Source: Kofleriaceae bacterium (GTDB lineage: Bacteria > Myxococcota_A > Polyangia > Haliangiales > Haliangiaceae). Taken from it: a DNA stretch of 64,000 nucleotides. The stretch is taken from positions 185,848 through 249,847 of the forward strand of contig CBDCCZ010000049.1 of NCBI GenBank assembly GCA_965215005.1. The letters run 5' to 3'. The translations under genes were made by a program, and so were the position numbers. Under the pieces are notes generated by a model, which worked only from the letters and a program-made list of their open reading frames with translations, was not told where the DNA came from and made no database searches. Positions 52,065 to 64,000 of this stretch are shown piece after piece (position 1 is the first letter of the stretch; each line of letters opens with the position of its first letter).

Positions 52065-53165
52065 ATGCGCTCAACCTTTTTCGTGTCTGCGCTCGCCGCC
52101 ACCGTTGCGCTGTCGGCCTGCGTCGTAAGAACCGCGGATCCCGACGAGCCGCGCCGCGAAGCGACCACCCGCTCCAGCGACGATCGACCCGCTCCCCAGC
52201 AGGCGCCGCCCGAGCGGGAAAGCGAGCAAGTGCCGGTTTGGCGAGACGACTCGGTTGCCGAAGCGCCGGTCGCCGAGCGGCGCAATGAGCGCGTGCCGGC
52301 GCGCCGCGGCAACACCGCGACGCCGACGCGCGAAGGCGTTCCGGTCGGTGGCAACGCCAACCAACCGGTGCTGCGGCGCAATGAGCGCGTGCCGGCGCGC
52401 CGTGGCGGTGTGCGCAAGCAGTTCCGCATCGAGCCCACCGCGGGCCCGGTGGGCACCACCGTCACCATCTTCGGCGATTTCCGCGCTGCGCGTCGACCCG
52501 CCGACCTCGAGGTCAGCTTTCATGGCTCGGGGCGCATCGTGCAGCCCACCACGATCGACCGCGACGCCATCACCGCCATCGTTCCGCAGGGCGCTCAAAG
52601 CGGTCCCGTGCAAGTCCGCCATCGCCGCCGCGTGCTGTGGACGGGGCAGTTCTCGGTCACGCCGGCCGACGACGGCATCTTCGTGCCCACCCCCGGTGGC
52701 AAAGGCCTCGTTGGGCTAGTGTACAGGCTCGCTCCGCAGACCAAGAACCTGCCCGACTTCGCGCAGCTCGGAATGCCGTTCGCGACCATCGTGGTACCAA
52801 AGCTCGATGTGCCAACGCGGCGCTTCGAAGACGGGTTCCCCGGGCTCAGCGACGGTCAAGACAAACTGGTCGAATGGTTTGCCATCCGCTTTGAGGGCCA
52901 GCTTCAGGTTCCGAGCGCAGCCACCTACGAGTTCCAGCTAAGCAGCGATGATGGCTCGCGGCTCTACATCGATGGCCAGCTCGTCATCGACAACGACGGA
53001 ATCCATCCCACCAAGAAGAAAGACGGCGCCATTGCGCTGCAAGCCGGCAACCACGACATCGTCGTGGAGTACTTCCAGGGACCGCGGGTGCAGATCGCCC
53101 TGCAGCTACTGTGGAAACAAAACGGCTCGTTCACGCCGGTGGGTGCCGAACACTTCACGCGCTGA
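52065..53165 (+). CDS. Lipoprotein with IPT/TIG-like and PA14 domains
   Basis: Lipobox LSAC; EPTAGPVGTTVTIFG; FQLSSDDGSRLYIDGQLVIDNDGIH and VEYFQG (PA14). Confidence 0.85.
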   Translation: MRSTFFVSALAATVALSACVVRTADPDEPRREATTRSSDDRPAPQQAPPERESEQVPVWRDDSVAEAPVAERRNERVPARRGNTATPTREGVPVGGNANQPVLRRNERVPARRGGVRKQFRIEPTAGPVGTTVTIFGDFRAARRPADLEVSFHGSGRIVQPTTIDRDAITAIVPQGAQSGPVQVRHRRRVLWTGQFSVTPADDGIFVPTPGGKGLVGLVYRLAPQTKNLPDFAQLGMPFATIVVPKLDVPTRRFEDGFPGLSDGQDKLVEWFAIRFEGQLQVPSAATYEFQLSSDDGSRLYIDGQLVIDNDGIHPTKKKDGAIALQAGNHDIVVEYFQGPRVQIALQLLWKQNGSFTPVGAEHFTR

Positions 53166-53282
53166 GGTATCGGGACGAGGCTCGGCAGCGAGGCTCGTCC
53201 CGCTTCGCGTATTGCTGGTGAGTGGGCGCGCGGACGCGATTTGTGCCGTGCAGCAATCACGCAGACCGGTCACTCTCCGGAT

Positions 53283-53717
53283 ATGAAGAGTCGCGACCAA
53301 ATCGAGCTGACTGCTCACATCCGCGCGCCGATCGAAACGGTGTGGAACGCGTGGACCTCGGAGCAGCTGTTGCCGCAGTGGTGGCGTGACGACGTAACAC
53401 TCCAGCCCTGGCCGGGCGGGCAATTTCGCGACTCTTGGCGCGATAACGACGGTCGGCAGCACCTCGCGCATGGCCAGGTGATTCGTGCTGACTCGCCGCG
53501 CATCCTCGAGCTCGACTGGTGGGAAGACGGCTGGTCGGTCAAGACCCGCGTGCTCGTCGAGCTCGGCGAGGACGAGGACGAGGACACGGTTCGGCTATCG
53601 CTCAGTCATTCGGGCTTTGCCACGCTCGCCACCCAAGACGCCGACACCATCCGCGACCGGCACGAAGCCAATTGGCGACACCATCTGCAGCGGCTCACGC
53701 AGTTCACCGAGCGGTGA
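53283..53717 (+). CDS. SRPBCC/AHSA1-domain protein
   Basis: IRAPIETVWNAWT...QWW, PGGQF, LSHSGF, NWRHHLQRL. Confidence 0.85.
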   Translation: MKSRDQIELTAHIRAPIETVWNAWTSEQLLPQWWRDDVTLQPWPGGQFRDSWRDNDGRQHLAHGQVIRADSPRILELDWWEDGWSVKTRVLVELGEDEDEDTVRLSLSHSGFATLATQDADTIRDRHEANWRHHLQRLTQFTER

Positions 53718-53849
53718 GCTCGCCGACCGCGGGCAGCCGAGCGCCGCGCGTCCAGCTCGCCAAGCGCCGACGGCAGCGGCCTCCGCACGCCACCTGCGCA
53801 ACGGATCGCTAGCGTCACCGCACGTCTCGGGGCATCGTGTTGAGCGCTC

Positions 53850-54704
53850 ATGTGGGTGATCTGGCTCGTACTCGCCGCGCTGGTGGTGCTCCTGGCCGGA
53901 GCCACCTGGCATCGCCGGCTGCGCGCGGCGGCGGTGCCAGAGCTGCCTGCGCCGAGCGGCGCGCTCCAGGTCGTACATCCGGTGGTGCTGGCGCACGGCA
54001 TTCTCGGGTTCGAGCGCCTCGAGCTGCTTGGAGTCGGCCAGGACTATTTTCGCGGCATCGCTCGCAAGCTGCGCGCGGAAGGCCTTCGCGTTCACGCTGC
54101 GCGGGTTCCTGCGCTTGGTTCGGTGCCGGCGCGCGCCCACGCGCTGGCCGACTACCTGCTCGAGCTGCCCTACGCCAAAGTCAACATCATCGCGCACAGC
54201 ATGGGCGGCCTGGATGCGCGCTACGCGATCTCGCGGTTGGGTCTCCACACCCGCGTCGCCGCGCTGATCACCATTGGCACTCCGCACCGCGGCACGCCCA
54301 TCGCCGACCTCGGCACCCGCCTGCCCGCAGCGGTCGCGCGCGCGCTCATCCGCCGCGCCGGTCTCCGCACCGAGGCCCTCGACTGGCTCACCTGCGCCGC
54401 GATGGAGCGCTTCAACGAAGAGGTGCCTGACATCGACGGAGTGATCTATGGCTCGGTCATCGCTCGCGTTGGGCCGGGGCTACTTGGGTGCAATCCGCTG
54501 CTGCGCCCCTCGCACACGCTCCTCACCGCCCTCGCCGGCCCGAGCGATGGACTGGTGCCGGTAAGCTCGCAGCTGTGGGGCGAGCATCTCGGCGAGATCC
54601 ACGCCGACCACTGGGCGCAGGTTGGCTGGGGCCTGCGCAGCCCGTTCGATGCTGCAGCCCTCTACGCCGAGCTTTTGGGACGCCTGCGTCGCCGCGGACT
54701 CTAA
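53850..54704 (+). CDS. Triacylglycerol lipase (alpha/beta hydrolase)
   Basis: PVVLAHGILG, AHSMGGLDARY, IGTPHRGT, SDGLVPVSSQ, ADH. Confidence 0.9.
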   Translation: MWVIWLVLAALVVLLAGATWHRRLRAAAVPELPAPSGALQVVHPVVLAHGILGFERLELLGVGQDYFRGIARKLRAEGLRVHAARVPALGSVPARAHALADYLLELPYAKVNIIAHSMGGLDARYAISRLGLHTRVAALITIGTPHRGTPIADLGTRLPAAVARALIRRAGLRTEALDWLTCAAMERFNEEVPDIDGVIYGSVIARVGPGLLGCNPLLRPSHTLLTALAGPSDGLVPVSSQLWGEHLGEIHADHWAQVGWGLRSPFDAAALYAELLGRLRRRGL

Positions 54705-55192
54705 CGCTGCCGCGCCGGTCGCACGGTGGCGCTGCTGGGGATGTCGGCCGAGGTGTGCTCTTCATAGCTCGGCTCCGCCAGGGTCGCATCGACCACCGCA
54801 CGCAACACCACCAGCCGATCGTCGCGGCGAACCACCCGCAGTAAGGTGACGTCGCCGTCGCCGCGACAAATGAGACCCAGCACCGTGCCCTGCGGATCGT
54901 CGGCGCCGCCGAGATCGTCGCTCTCGCACTCCCCCTCGAAGCTTCCAACCTCGAGATTGCTCGCAGCCCCGGTTTCATCGGTGAGCGTGAGCAGCACTTG
55001 ACTCTGCCGGTCCGCCGGCCGCAACACCCAATCGATTGCAACCAGCCGCTGGCGCGGTGCTGCGACCTCGTCCGCCACCGCTGCCGGCTCGCTCCGCTCC
55101 GCGGGCGGGGTTCCTACCGCGCGCGTGGTCGGTGCGCCGCAACCCGCAAGCGCGATCATCAGCATCCACCAGCACGAGGGCCTGCCTTGCAT
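54701..55192 (-). CDS. Hypothetical lipoprotein
   Basis: Lipobox LAGC; stop overlaps the convergent lipase stop. Confidence 0.55.
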   Translation of the reverse strand: MQGRPSCWWMLMIALAGCGAPTTRAVGTPPAERSEPAAVADEVAAPRQRLVAIDWVLRPADRQSQVLLTLTDETGAASNLEVGSFEGECESDDLGGADDPQGTVLGLICRGDGDVTLLRVVRRDDRLVVLRAVVDATLAEPSYEEHTSADIPSSATVRPARQR

Positions 55193-55304
55193 GCGCAGAG
55201 TCTTTCACGTTCCGCCGCCAACGTCAGCTGATCGGCACCGGCGACGCGCGCAGACAGTGGCGCCGAGCGCGCGCGATGGCCGATCACCGTAGTACGATCG
55301 CGTC

Positions 55305-57197
<1,893 letters not shown>

Positions 57198-57241
57198 GGC
57201 GAGGCGCTTCGCCTATCGCGCCACGGGACGACGACCAGCGC

Positions 57242-57412
57242 CTAGCGGCGCGAGCGCCGGCGCGCTTTCTGCTCAGCCTCGACCATGCCGAGCTCTTCGG
57301 AAAAGCGTTCCTCGAGGAGCTCGCCGACGGAGGCGTTGAGCGTGTCGAGCTTGCGAAGCTCGTCGCGCTCGAAGTCACTAAACGATTGATAGATGCGCGG
57401 AAATACGGACAT
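57242..57412 (-). CDS. 56-aa acidic small protein divergent from parA
   Basis: GGAGGG RBS then MSVFPRIYQSFSDFERDELRKLDTLNASVGELLEERFSEELGMVEAEQKARRRSRR. Confidence 0.65.
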   Translation of the reverse strand: MSVFPRIYQSFSDFERDELRKLDTLNASVGELLEERFSEELGMVEAEQKARRRSRR

Positions 57413-57604
57413 TCGTGTTCTCCCTCCGGTCGCTGCAAACCAACTTATCCTACACCTGAGCACACTGTAAGCAGGCGCTGTTTCGCCGGCAAATTTTTGC
57501 CCGATTATTTGCCAAATGGCTAATTTCAATCGGGATTTCAGGACGCGGTGGGGCCTCGGTAAAATTGCGGTTCGTCAGACGAACGTGGTACCTACGCAGG
57601 TGAC

Positions 57605-58396
<792 letters not shown>

Positions 58397-58403
58397 GGCC
58401 CAG

Positions 58404-59354
58404 ATGACAACACCGATGTCCAACCCTCCCAACTCGCCAAACGATCCCAAAGTCGAGCAGCGGCCTCACGCCAACAAACGACGCGCGCTCGGCCGCGGCT
58501 TATCGGCGCTGTTGCCGAGCACCCCGGCGCCGGCACCCGCGGCGGCGGCAACTGCAGCGCCCGTGCGCCGCGATTATTTTCGCGCCGCCATCGAAGAGGT
58601 GTTTCCGAGCCCAGAGCAGCCGCGGCGGCGGTTTGTCGCCGAAGAGCTCGAAGAGCTGGCAGCATCGCTGCGGGCCCATGGGATCATTCAGCCGTTGGTG
58701 GTGCGGGAACGCCGCGAAGGCGGCTATTGGCTCATCGCGGGCGAGCGACGCTGGCGAGCGGCGCAGCGGGCGGGACTGCACGATGTCCCGGTCGTGGTGC
58801 AAGACGTGGCGCCGCAAGAGGCATTCGAGCGGGCGCTCGTCGAGAACTTACAGCGTTCCGACCTCAATCCGATCGAGGAAGCGGAGGCGTTTAGCCGTCT
58901 CGTGAGCGAGTTTGGCTACACGCAAGAACAGGTCGCGGAGCGGGTGGGCAAAGAGCGCAGCACCGTGAGTAATAGCTTGCGGCTGCTCCGTCTGCCCAAT
59001 GGCGTGCGTCGTTTGGTCGAAGAAGGTCAGCTGTCGATGGGGCACGCGCGCGCCTTGCTCGGCCTCGATAGCAGCGAGGCCATCGAGGCGGTTGCGCGCG
59101 CGGTGGTCGCCAAAGGTCTGTCGGTACGCGCCACCGAAGAGCTGGTGCGAAAGCGCGCGCAAGGCGAGCCTGCCGAGCGTCCGGCACCTACCGCCAAAAG
59201 CGCTTCGGTGCGCGATCTCGAGGGTCGGCTCACCCAGCGCCTCGGCGCCCATGTCGCCGTCGCCGAAAACAAGCGCGGCAAAGGCGGGCGCATCGAGATC
59301 AAGTACAGCGACCTCGACGACCTCGACCGCCTCCTCGAGCGACTCCTGGGTTAG
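58404..59354 (+). CDS. parB: Chromosome partitioning protein ParB/Spo0J
   Basis: ALGRGLSALL, QPRRRF, GIIQPLVV, IAGERRWRAA, ENLQRSDLNPIEEA, RSTVSNSLRLL. Confidence 0.96.
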   Translation: MTTPMSNPPNSPNDPKVEQRPHANKRRALGRGLSALLPSTPAPAPAAAATAAPVRRDYFRAAIEEVFPSPEQPRRRFVAEELEELAASLRAHGIIQPLVVRERREGGYWLIAGERRWRAAQRAGLHDVPVVVQDVAPQEAFERALVENLQRSDLNPIEEAEAFSRLVSEFGYTQEQVAERVGKERSTVSNSLRLLRLPNGVRRLVEEGQLSMGHARALLGLDSSEAIEAVARAVVAKGLSVRATEELVRKRAQGEPAERPAPTAKSASVRDLEGRLTQRLGAHVAVAENKRGKGGRIEIKYSDLDDLDRLLERLLG

Positions 59355-59392
59355 CCAAGAGCGCGCTCGAGTACGTCGAGCGGCAGCGCTTT

Positions 59393-60082
59393 TCAGCCGA
59401 TGCGCACAGGCCGGCCGAGCGCGCGTACCAAGCGACGCTGCAGGTCGGTAAAAGAGGCCGGGCTCGGCGCGATTTCGTCGGCGCCGGCGGCGGTAGCGCG
59501 GGTGAGTGCTTTGCGGCTAGCGGCCAGCGCGATCACCGGTACCGGAGGCAGAAGCGCGCGAGCCCGGCGAATCACCGCGATGCCGTCATCGGTATCGCCG
59601 TCGAGCTCGACCACCACCACGTCGATCTCTTCGGTGAGCAGGGTCTCGGCGACGTGCATGTCGCTGGCGCTAACGACGTCCGCGGTGGCGATGATAGAGC
59701 GGATGACACGCTTGAGAGCGGCGCGGTCCTTGGCGTCGCGCGCCACCAGCAGCACGCTGACGCCGGCATAGTCGGCGACCAGCTGATCGATGAGCGTACC
59801 GAGCTCGGGACCCAGGTCGGCGAACTCGATGCCCATGCCGGCAGCGCCCTCGGCATCCTCCTCAAGCCGCGCCCAGGTCACGGTTCCGACCAGTCGCACC
59901 GCGCCGGTGCCAGGCACCGTGAGCTGAAGACTCACGTCGGCGCCCGCCGGGACCGGTTGCGGCGTCTCTAGGAAGATGCCGCCTCGCGACAAGTTGACCG
60001 AGTAAGCGACTAGAAATGACGAGGCCGTGCGGTAGTCGACCTGGACATTGATCGGAACCCGCTCGTGCTCACGCGCAGCCAC
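59393..60082 (-). CDS. TIGR02266-type PilZ domain fused to a degenerate receiver domain
   Basis: REHER...NLSRGGIFLET...GMGIEF; C-terminal alpha/beta receiver-like fold (VPVIALAA...AGAD). Confidence 0.8.
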   Translation of the reverse strand: MAAREHERVPINVQVDYRTASSFLVAYSVNLSRGGIFLETPQPVPAGADVSLQLTVPGTGAVRLVGTVTWARLEEDAEGAAGMGIEFADLGPELGTLIDQLVADYAGVSVLLVARDAKDRAALKRVIRSIIATADVVSASDMHVAETLLTEEIDVVVVELDGDTDDGIAVIRRARALLPPVPVIALAASRKALTRATAAGADEIAPSPASFTDLQRRLVRALGRPVRIG

Positions 60083-60183
60083 CGGGCGGCAGTATCACGC
60101 CGTGGGCCTCGGCGATCAATGGGCAACGTCGCCAGCCGAGACGGAAACGGCGCTTCGCAGGAGGCAGTTGTCTGCGCGGCGCC

Positions 60184-61038
60184 TCAGGCGCCCACGGAGC
60201 GCTGCGCCGCAAGCACCGTATTCTCGAGCAGACAGGCGATGGTCATAGGCCCTACGCCGCCGGGAACCGGAGTGATGGCACCCGCGCGCTCGGCCGCGGC
60301 GGCGAACTCGACATCGCCGACGAGCTTACCTGCTGGAGTACGGGTGATGCCCACGTCGATCACGATGGCGCCCGGCTTGATCCAGGCGCCGCGGATCATC
60401 TCCGCTTGACCAATTGCCGCGATGACGATGTCTGACTCGCGGACGATGCCCGGCAGATCGCGGGTGCGCGAGTGACACAGCGCGACCGTGGCGTTGGCGT
60501 TGGTGAGCAGCATCGCCATCGGCTTGCCGACCATGACCGAGCGACCGATGACCACCGCGCGCTCGCCCGACGGATCGCGCCCGGCCTCCGCCAATAGCCG
60601 CATGCAGCCCTTGGGCGTGCACGAGACGAACTGCGGACGCCCCTGCGCGAGCAGCCCGAGATTGTGCGGGTGAAATCCATCCACATCTTTGTGCGGCGCG
60701 ATCGCATCGAGCACGACGTTGGTGTTGACGTGAACCGGCAGCGGCAGCTGCACCAAGATGCCGTGGACGTCGTCGCGCTCGTTGAGCTCATGAACCAGCG
60801 CTAGCAACTGCTCCTGCGTCACCTCCGCCGGCAGCTTGTGATCGAACGCGCGAATCGCGGCCTTCTCGGCAGCCCGACCCTTATTGCGCACGTAGATCTG
60901 CGAGGCCGGGTCGTCGCCCACGAGGACCACTGCGAGCCCCGGCGTGATACCCCGCTCGGCAACCGCCGCGGCATCGCGCGCGACCTCTTGGCGAACCCGC
61001 TCCGCCAGCGCTTTGCCGTCGAGGATCGCGGCGCTCAT
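60184..61038 (-). CDS. folD: Bifunctional methylenetetrahydrofolate dehydrogenase/cyclohydrolase
   Basis: [42 protein letters not shown]. Confidence 0.97.
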   Translation of the reverse strand: MSAAILDGKALAERVRQEVARDAAAVAERGITPGLAVVLVGDDPASQIYVRNKGRAAEKAAIRAFDHKLPAEVTQEQLLALVHELNERDDVHGILVQLPLPVHVNTNVVLDAIAPHKDVDGFHPHNLGLLAQGRPQFVSCTPKGCMRLLAEAGRDPSGERAVVIGRSVMVGKPMAMLLTNANATVALCHSRTRDLPGIVRESDIVIAAIGQAEMIRGAWIKPGAIVIDVGITRTPAGKLVGDVEFAAAAERAGAITPVPGGVGPMTIACLLENTVLAAQRSVGA

Positions 61039-61397
61039 CCCGCTTTGCTTCCCGCGGCGTTCTTACTCGGCGTCGCTGCCGCCGGCTCCGTTTTCTTGCT
61101 GCCTTCAGACTTGCTGCCTTCTGGCTTGCTTTCCGAGCCCGAGCCGGCGCTCGAGGTCTCGCCACCCGAGGACGACCCGCCGTCTGCGCTGCTGCCCGCT
61201 GCGCCCTCTTTGGGTTTGGCCGAGGAGTACAGATCTTTGTACCAGCCGCTTCCCTTGAGGTGGAACGCCGAGCGCGAGATCAGCCGCTCGAGGCGGCCTT
61301 TGCACGACTCACACTCGGTCTTGGGATCTTCGATCATCCGCTGCTGGTATTCGCCCTCCCAGCCGCAGTCCAGACATCGATACTCGTAGATGGGCAT
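61035..61397 (-). CDS. FmdB-family zinc-ribbon protein
   Basis: [12 protein letters not shown]...CESCKG...[13 protein letters not shown] with Ser/Gly/Lys tail; overlaps the folD start. Confidence 0.9.
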   Translation of the reverse strand: MPIYEYRCLDCGWEGEYQQRMIEDPKTECESCKGRLERLISRSAFHLKGSGWYKDLYSSAKPKEGAAGSSADGGSSSGGETSSAGSGSESKPEGSKSEGSKKTEPAAATPSKNAAGSKAG

Positions 61398-61482
61398 GAA
61401 CTCTTTCTCCGAAACGACGAGACGCGGCCGATCCGCGCCGGGCGCCAACATAAACACCTGCTGCGCGCGAGCAAAGGCCGAA

Positions 61483-61509
61483 GTAGCACTCGCGGGCGCC
61501 GAGTGCTAC
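61483..61509. promoter_or_regulatory. CIRCE-like (HrcA operator) inverted repeat
   Basis: GTAGCACTC-gcgggcgcc-GAGTGCTAC versus consensus TTAGCACTC-N9-GAGTGCTAA. Confidence 0.8.
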
Positions 61510-61682
61510 CGCCGGGCGCCAAAACGTTCGCTGGCAAGCGCCGCGGCGTGGCTCGATTCCGCCGATGTGGGCGCAGTCGCGAGGGAATCTCGGTCTGATA
61601 TCGCCGGGTTGGTCCCGCCGAGGGCGACGACGGAGACGGCGATTCTCCCAGCCGCTCGGCGCCCCGAGAGCTATACTGTGGC

Positions 61683-64000
61683 GTGAGCGTCGCCAGCGTC
61701 TGCCCCTGCCGCGCCCCCATCCGCCGCTTCCTCTTGCTCGTGCTCGTCGGTCTGGCGACCGCCGTGCCCCAGCCGGCAGCCGCGCAGAGCTCTGACTGGG
61801 GCGTGCGCCGCGACCCCTTCGATCGCAGCGTCATCCAGCGCTACAAGGCGCTGCTGCGCAAGAATCCTCACGATCGCGACGCCCTGCGCAAGTTGGTCGG
61901 CTTGTACAAGCGACACCGCGATGTGGCGCTGCTGGTGTCTGAATACCGCGAGGTCCTGGCGAAGCAGCCGGAGGACGTCAATACGCATATCGTCTTGGGC
62001 CACCTGCACCAGCTCGAGGGCCAGAGCGAGCCGGCGCTCGAGCACTTCGGCAAGGCCGCCGAGCTGGCACGAACGGATGCGAGCCTGCTGCTCACGCTGG
62101 GACAGCTCTACCGCCAGAGCGGTCGCACCGACGACGCCCGCGCCAGCTACCGCCGCGCGCTCACCGCCAGCACGGCGGCCAAGGTGCAAAAGGAAGTGCT
62201 GCGCGCGCTGGCCGAGCTGGCGCTGGGTGCAGGTGATCTCCCTGACGCCAAAGGCCACTACGAGAAGTACCTCGAGCTCGCGCCCAACGACGTCGACGTG
62301 CGCCTCGCGCTCGGGGACGCGTTGACCGCCCACTCCCAGCCAGCCGCCGCGGTCGCCGTGTACGAAGCAGCCGAAAAGCAGCTGCGAAGCGATCCTGCCC
62401 GTCGCGTCGAGGTCGTCGCCCGGCTCGGCAAAGCCCACGAGGCCGCGCGCGACGAAGAGGCGGCGCTGCGGGAATACCGGCGCGCGATGGCAATGGTCGA
62501 TCGCGACTACTACCTCCGCAAGGAGCTCGTTGATCGCGTCATCGATATCTTCCGCCGTCGCCAGGAGTTGCCAGCGCTCATCGGCCAGTACGAGAGCGAG
62601 TGGGGCAAATCCTCCCGCACGCATTTTGAGTGGAGCGTCTTGGCCCGCCTCTATGAGGAAACCGGCAATCAAGAGCGGGCGATCGAGGCGTATCAGCAGG
62701 CCGTGCGAAAGGCGCCGCACGAGCTCGAAACCCAACGCAAGCTCATCACGCTGCTCGAAAACGCCGGCCATCAGCGCGAGGCTCTGCAGCGTTACCAAGC
62801 GGCGATCAACGTTGCTCCAGGCGAGCCGAGTTTTCAGCTCGAGCTGGCGCAGCGCTACTGGGATAGCGGCGAGCCGCAGAAGGCGCTCGCGCTGTTGGCG
62901 CGGATGGAGCGGCGCTTTCCCAGCGATCCCAATGTGCACGCTGCCATCGCCGAGCTGTACACGCGGTGGGGCAAGGAAGACCTTGCGCTGGCCTCGCACG
63001 TGCGCTAACTCGCCTCGATCCCGAAGATAGCTCGCACCTCGTGAATCTCGGTGAGCAGTACTATCAGCGCAATCAAAAGCAAAAGGCGTTGCAGACCTGG
63101 CAGCGCATCATCGGCCGCAAAAGTCCCGAGAACTTTGCGCGCCTCGGCGAGGTGCTAGCCGAGCACGACCTTCTCGGTGACGCGCTCGAGATGTACACGA
63201 AGGCCATCAAGCTCGCGCCCAAGAAGCCCGATTACTACAAGGGCCGCGCCGGGGTATTTGCTCGCCAGCGGCGTTACGAAGAGGCGGTTGCCGACTGGGA
63301 GGTGGTCCTAGGTCTCACCGAGGTGACCGCTGCCAATAAGCCGCTGCGACGCGAGGGTCGCCGGCAGATCGTGAGCTTACTTCAGCGCGCGCGCGGCGAT
63401 CATCTGGCGCGGCGATTGCGAGCCTGGGAAGCGGCGTTTCTCAAAGCGCCGACCGATGTGGAGGCCGGCTACTTCTTGGTCGAGGCCTACACCAGCGGCA
63501 AGAGCGCCAACACCAGCAAAGCTCGACGGGTCCTCGAAAAGCTGCTCGAGCTCGATTCCAACGACACCGAGGCGATGGAGCTGTTGGTGAAAGTCTATCG
63601 CCGAACCAATCAGCTCGACCGCGCCGTAGCGGTGCTGCTCGAGCTCATCAAGCTGTCGCCGGGGCGCGAGCGCGAGCTGTACACGCAGATCGCCGAGCTC
63701 AAAACCAACGATCGAAAAGACGCGGAGGCGATCTTCTATGCGCAAAAAGCCCTAGAAACGAGCCCTACCGACCCCATTGCGCATCAACGACTGGCCGAGC
63801 GCTACGAAGAGATGCAGCAGTTCGAGCAAGCGATCACGGCGTATGAACGCGCGATTGCGCTCGATGAGCAGAATCACAAGGCGCAGTTTGCCCTGGCGCG
63901 GCTCTACACGCGCTCTAGTCAGCCCGCCAAAGCAGCCGAGCTGTATCGCACCGTCCTGCGCCGCGCCACCGACGATGAGATTCTCCATCAAGCCGGGCGT
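61683..64000 (+). CDS. Large secreted TPR-repeat protein, frameshift near 63005, running off the window
   Basis: Signal peptide then many TPR-like helices; after gtgcgctaact the TPR pattern continues in another frame (LTRLDPEDSSHLVNLGEQYYQ...) to base 64000. Confidence 0.8.

Overview
High-GC bacterial chromosome segment with a strongly myxobacterial (Myxococcota-like) gene inventory: a GltJ/AgmX-type gliding-motility protein, a TIGR02266-type PilZ protein, FHA-GGDEF and FHA-GAF-sigma54 regulators, and lon next to dnaK. From left to right it holds (1) a heavy-metal cluster at 1-11.6 kb with two RND pumps, ZIP and CDF-like transporters and a sterol-desaturase-family gene; (2) an Mla/MCE ABC operon with two permeases and two MCE proteins; (3) purA, hisZ, nif3 and an NTT-HEAT transporter coupled to a tandem cNMP-binding protein; (4) a ~3.1-kb insertion (29546-32681) flanked by a ~366-bp duplication of the 3' end of a MerR-family gene, containing abutting unrelated gene scraps (kup 3' end, prolyl-oligopeptidase 3' end, a membrane-protein 5' end, IS91-type and IS66 transposase remnants) and one intact lipoprotein gene built from six nearly identical 231-bp repeats; (5) housekeeping genes tsaC, purD, purH, dnaK, lon, parA, parB and folD with a FadR/GntR-GMC oxidoreductase operon. 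Non-coding signals include a CIRCE-like element upstream of an FmdB-zinc-ribbon/folD operon, a FadR-type operator palindrome and a triple hairpin repeat below dnaK. Two otherwise intact genes are frameshifted, possibly by assembly errors. No rRNA, tRNA or CRISPR array was recognised. All family assignments come from motif recognition by eye, not database searches.
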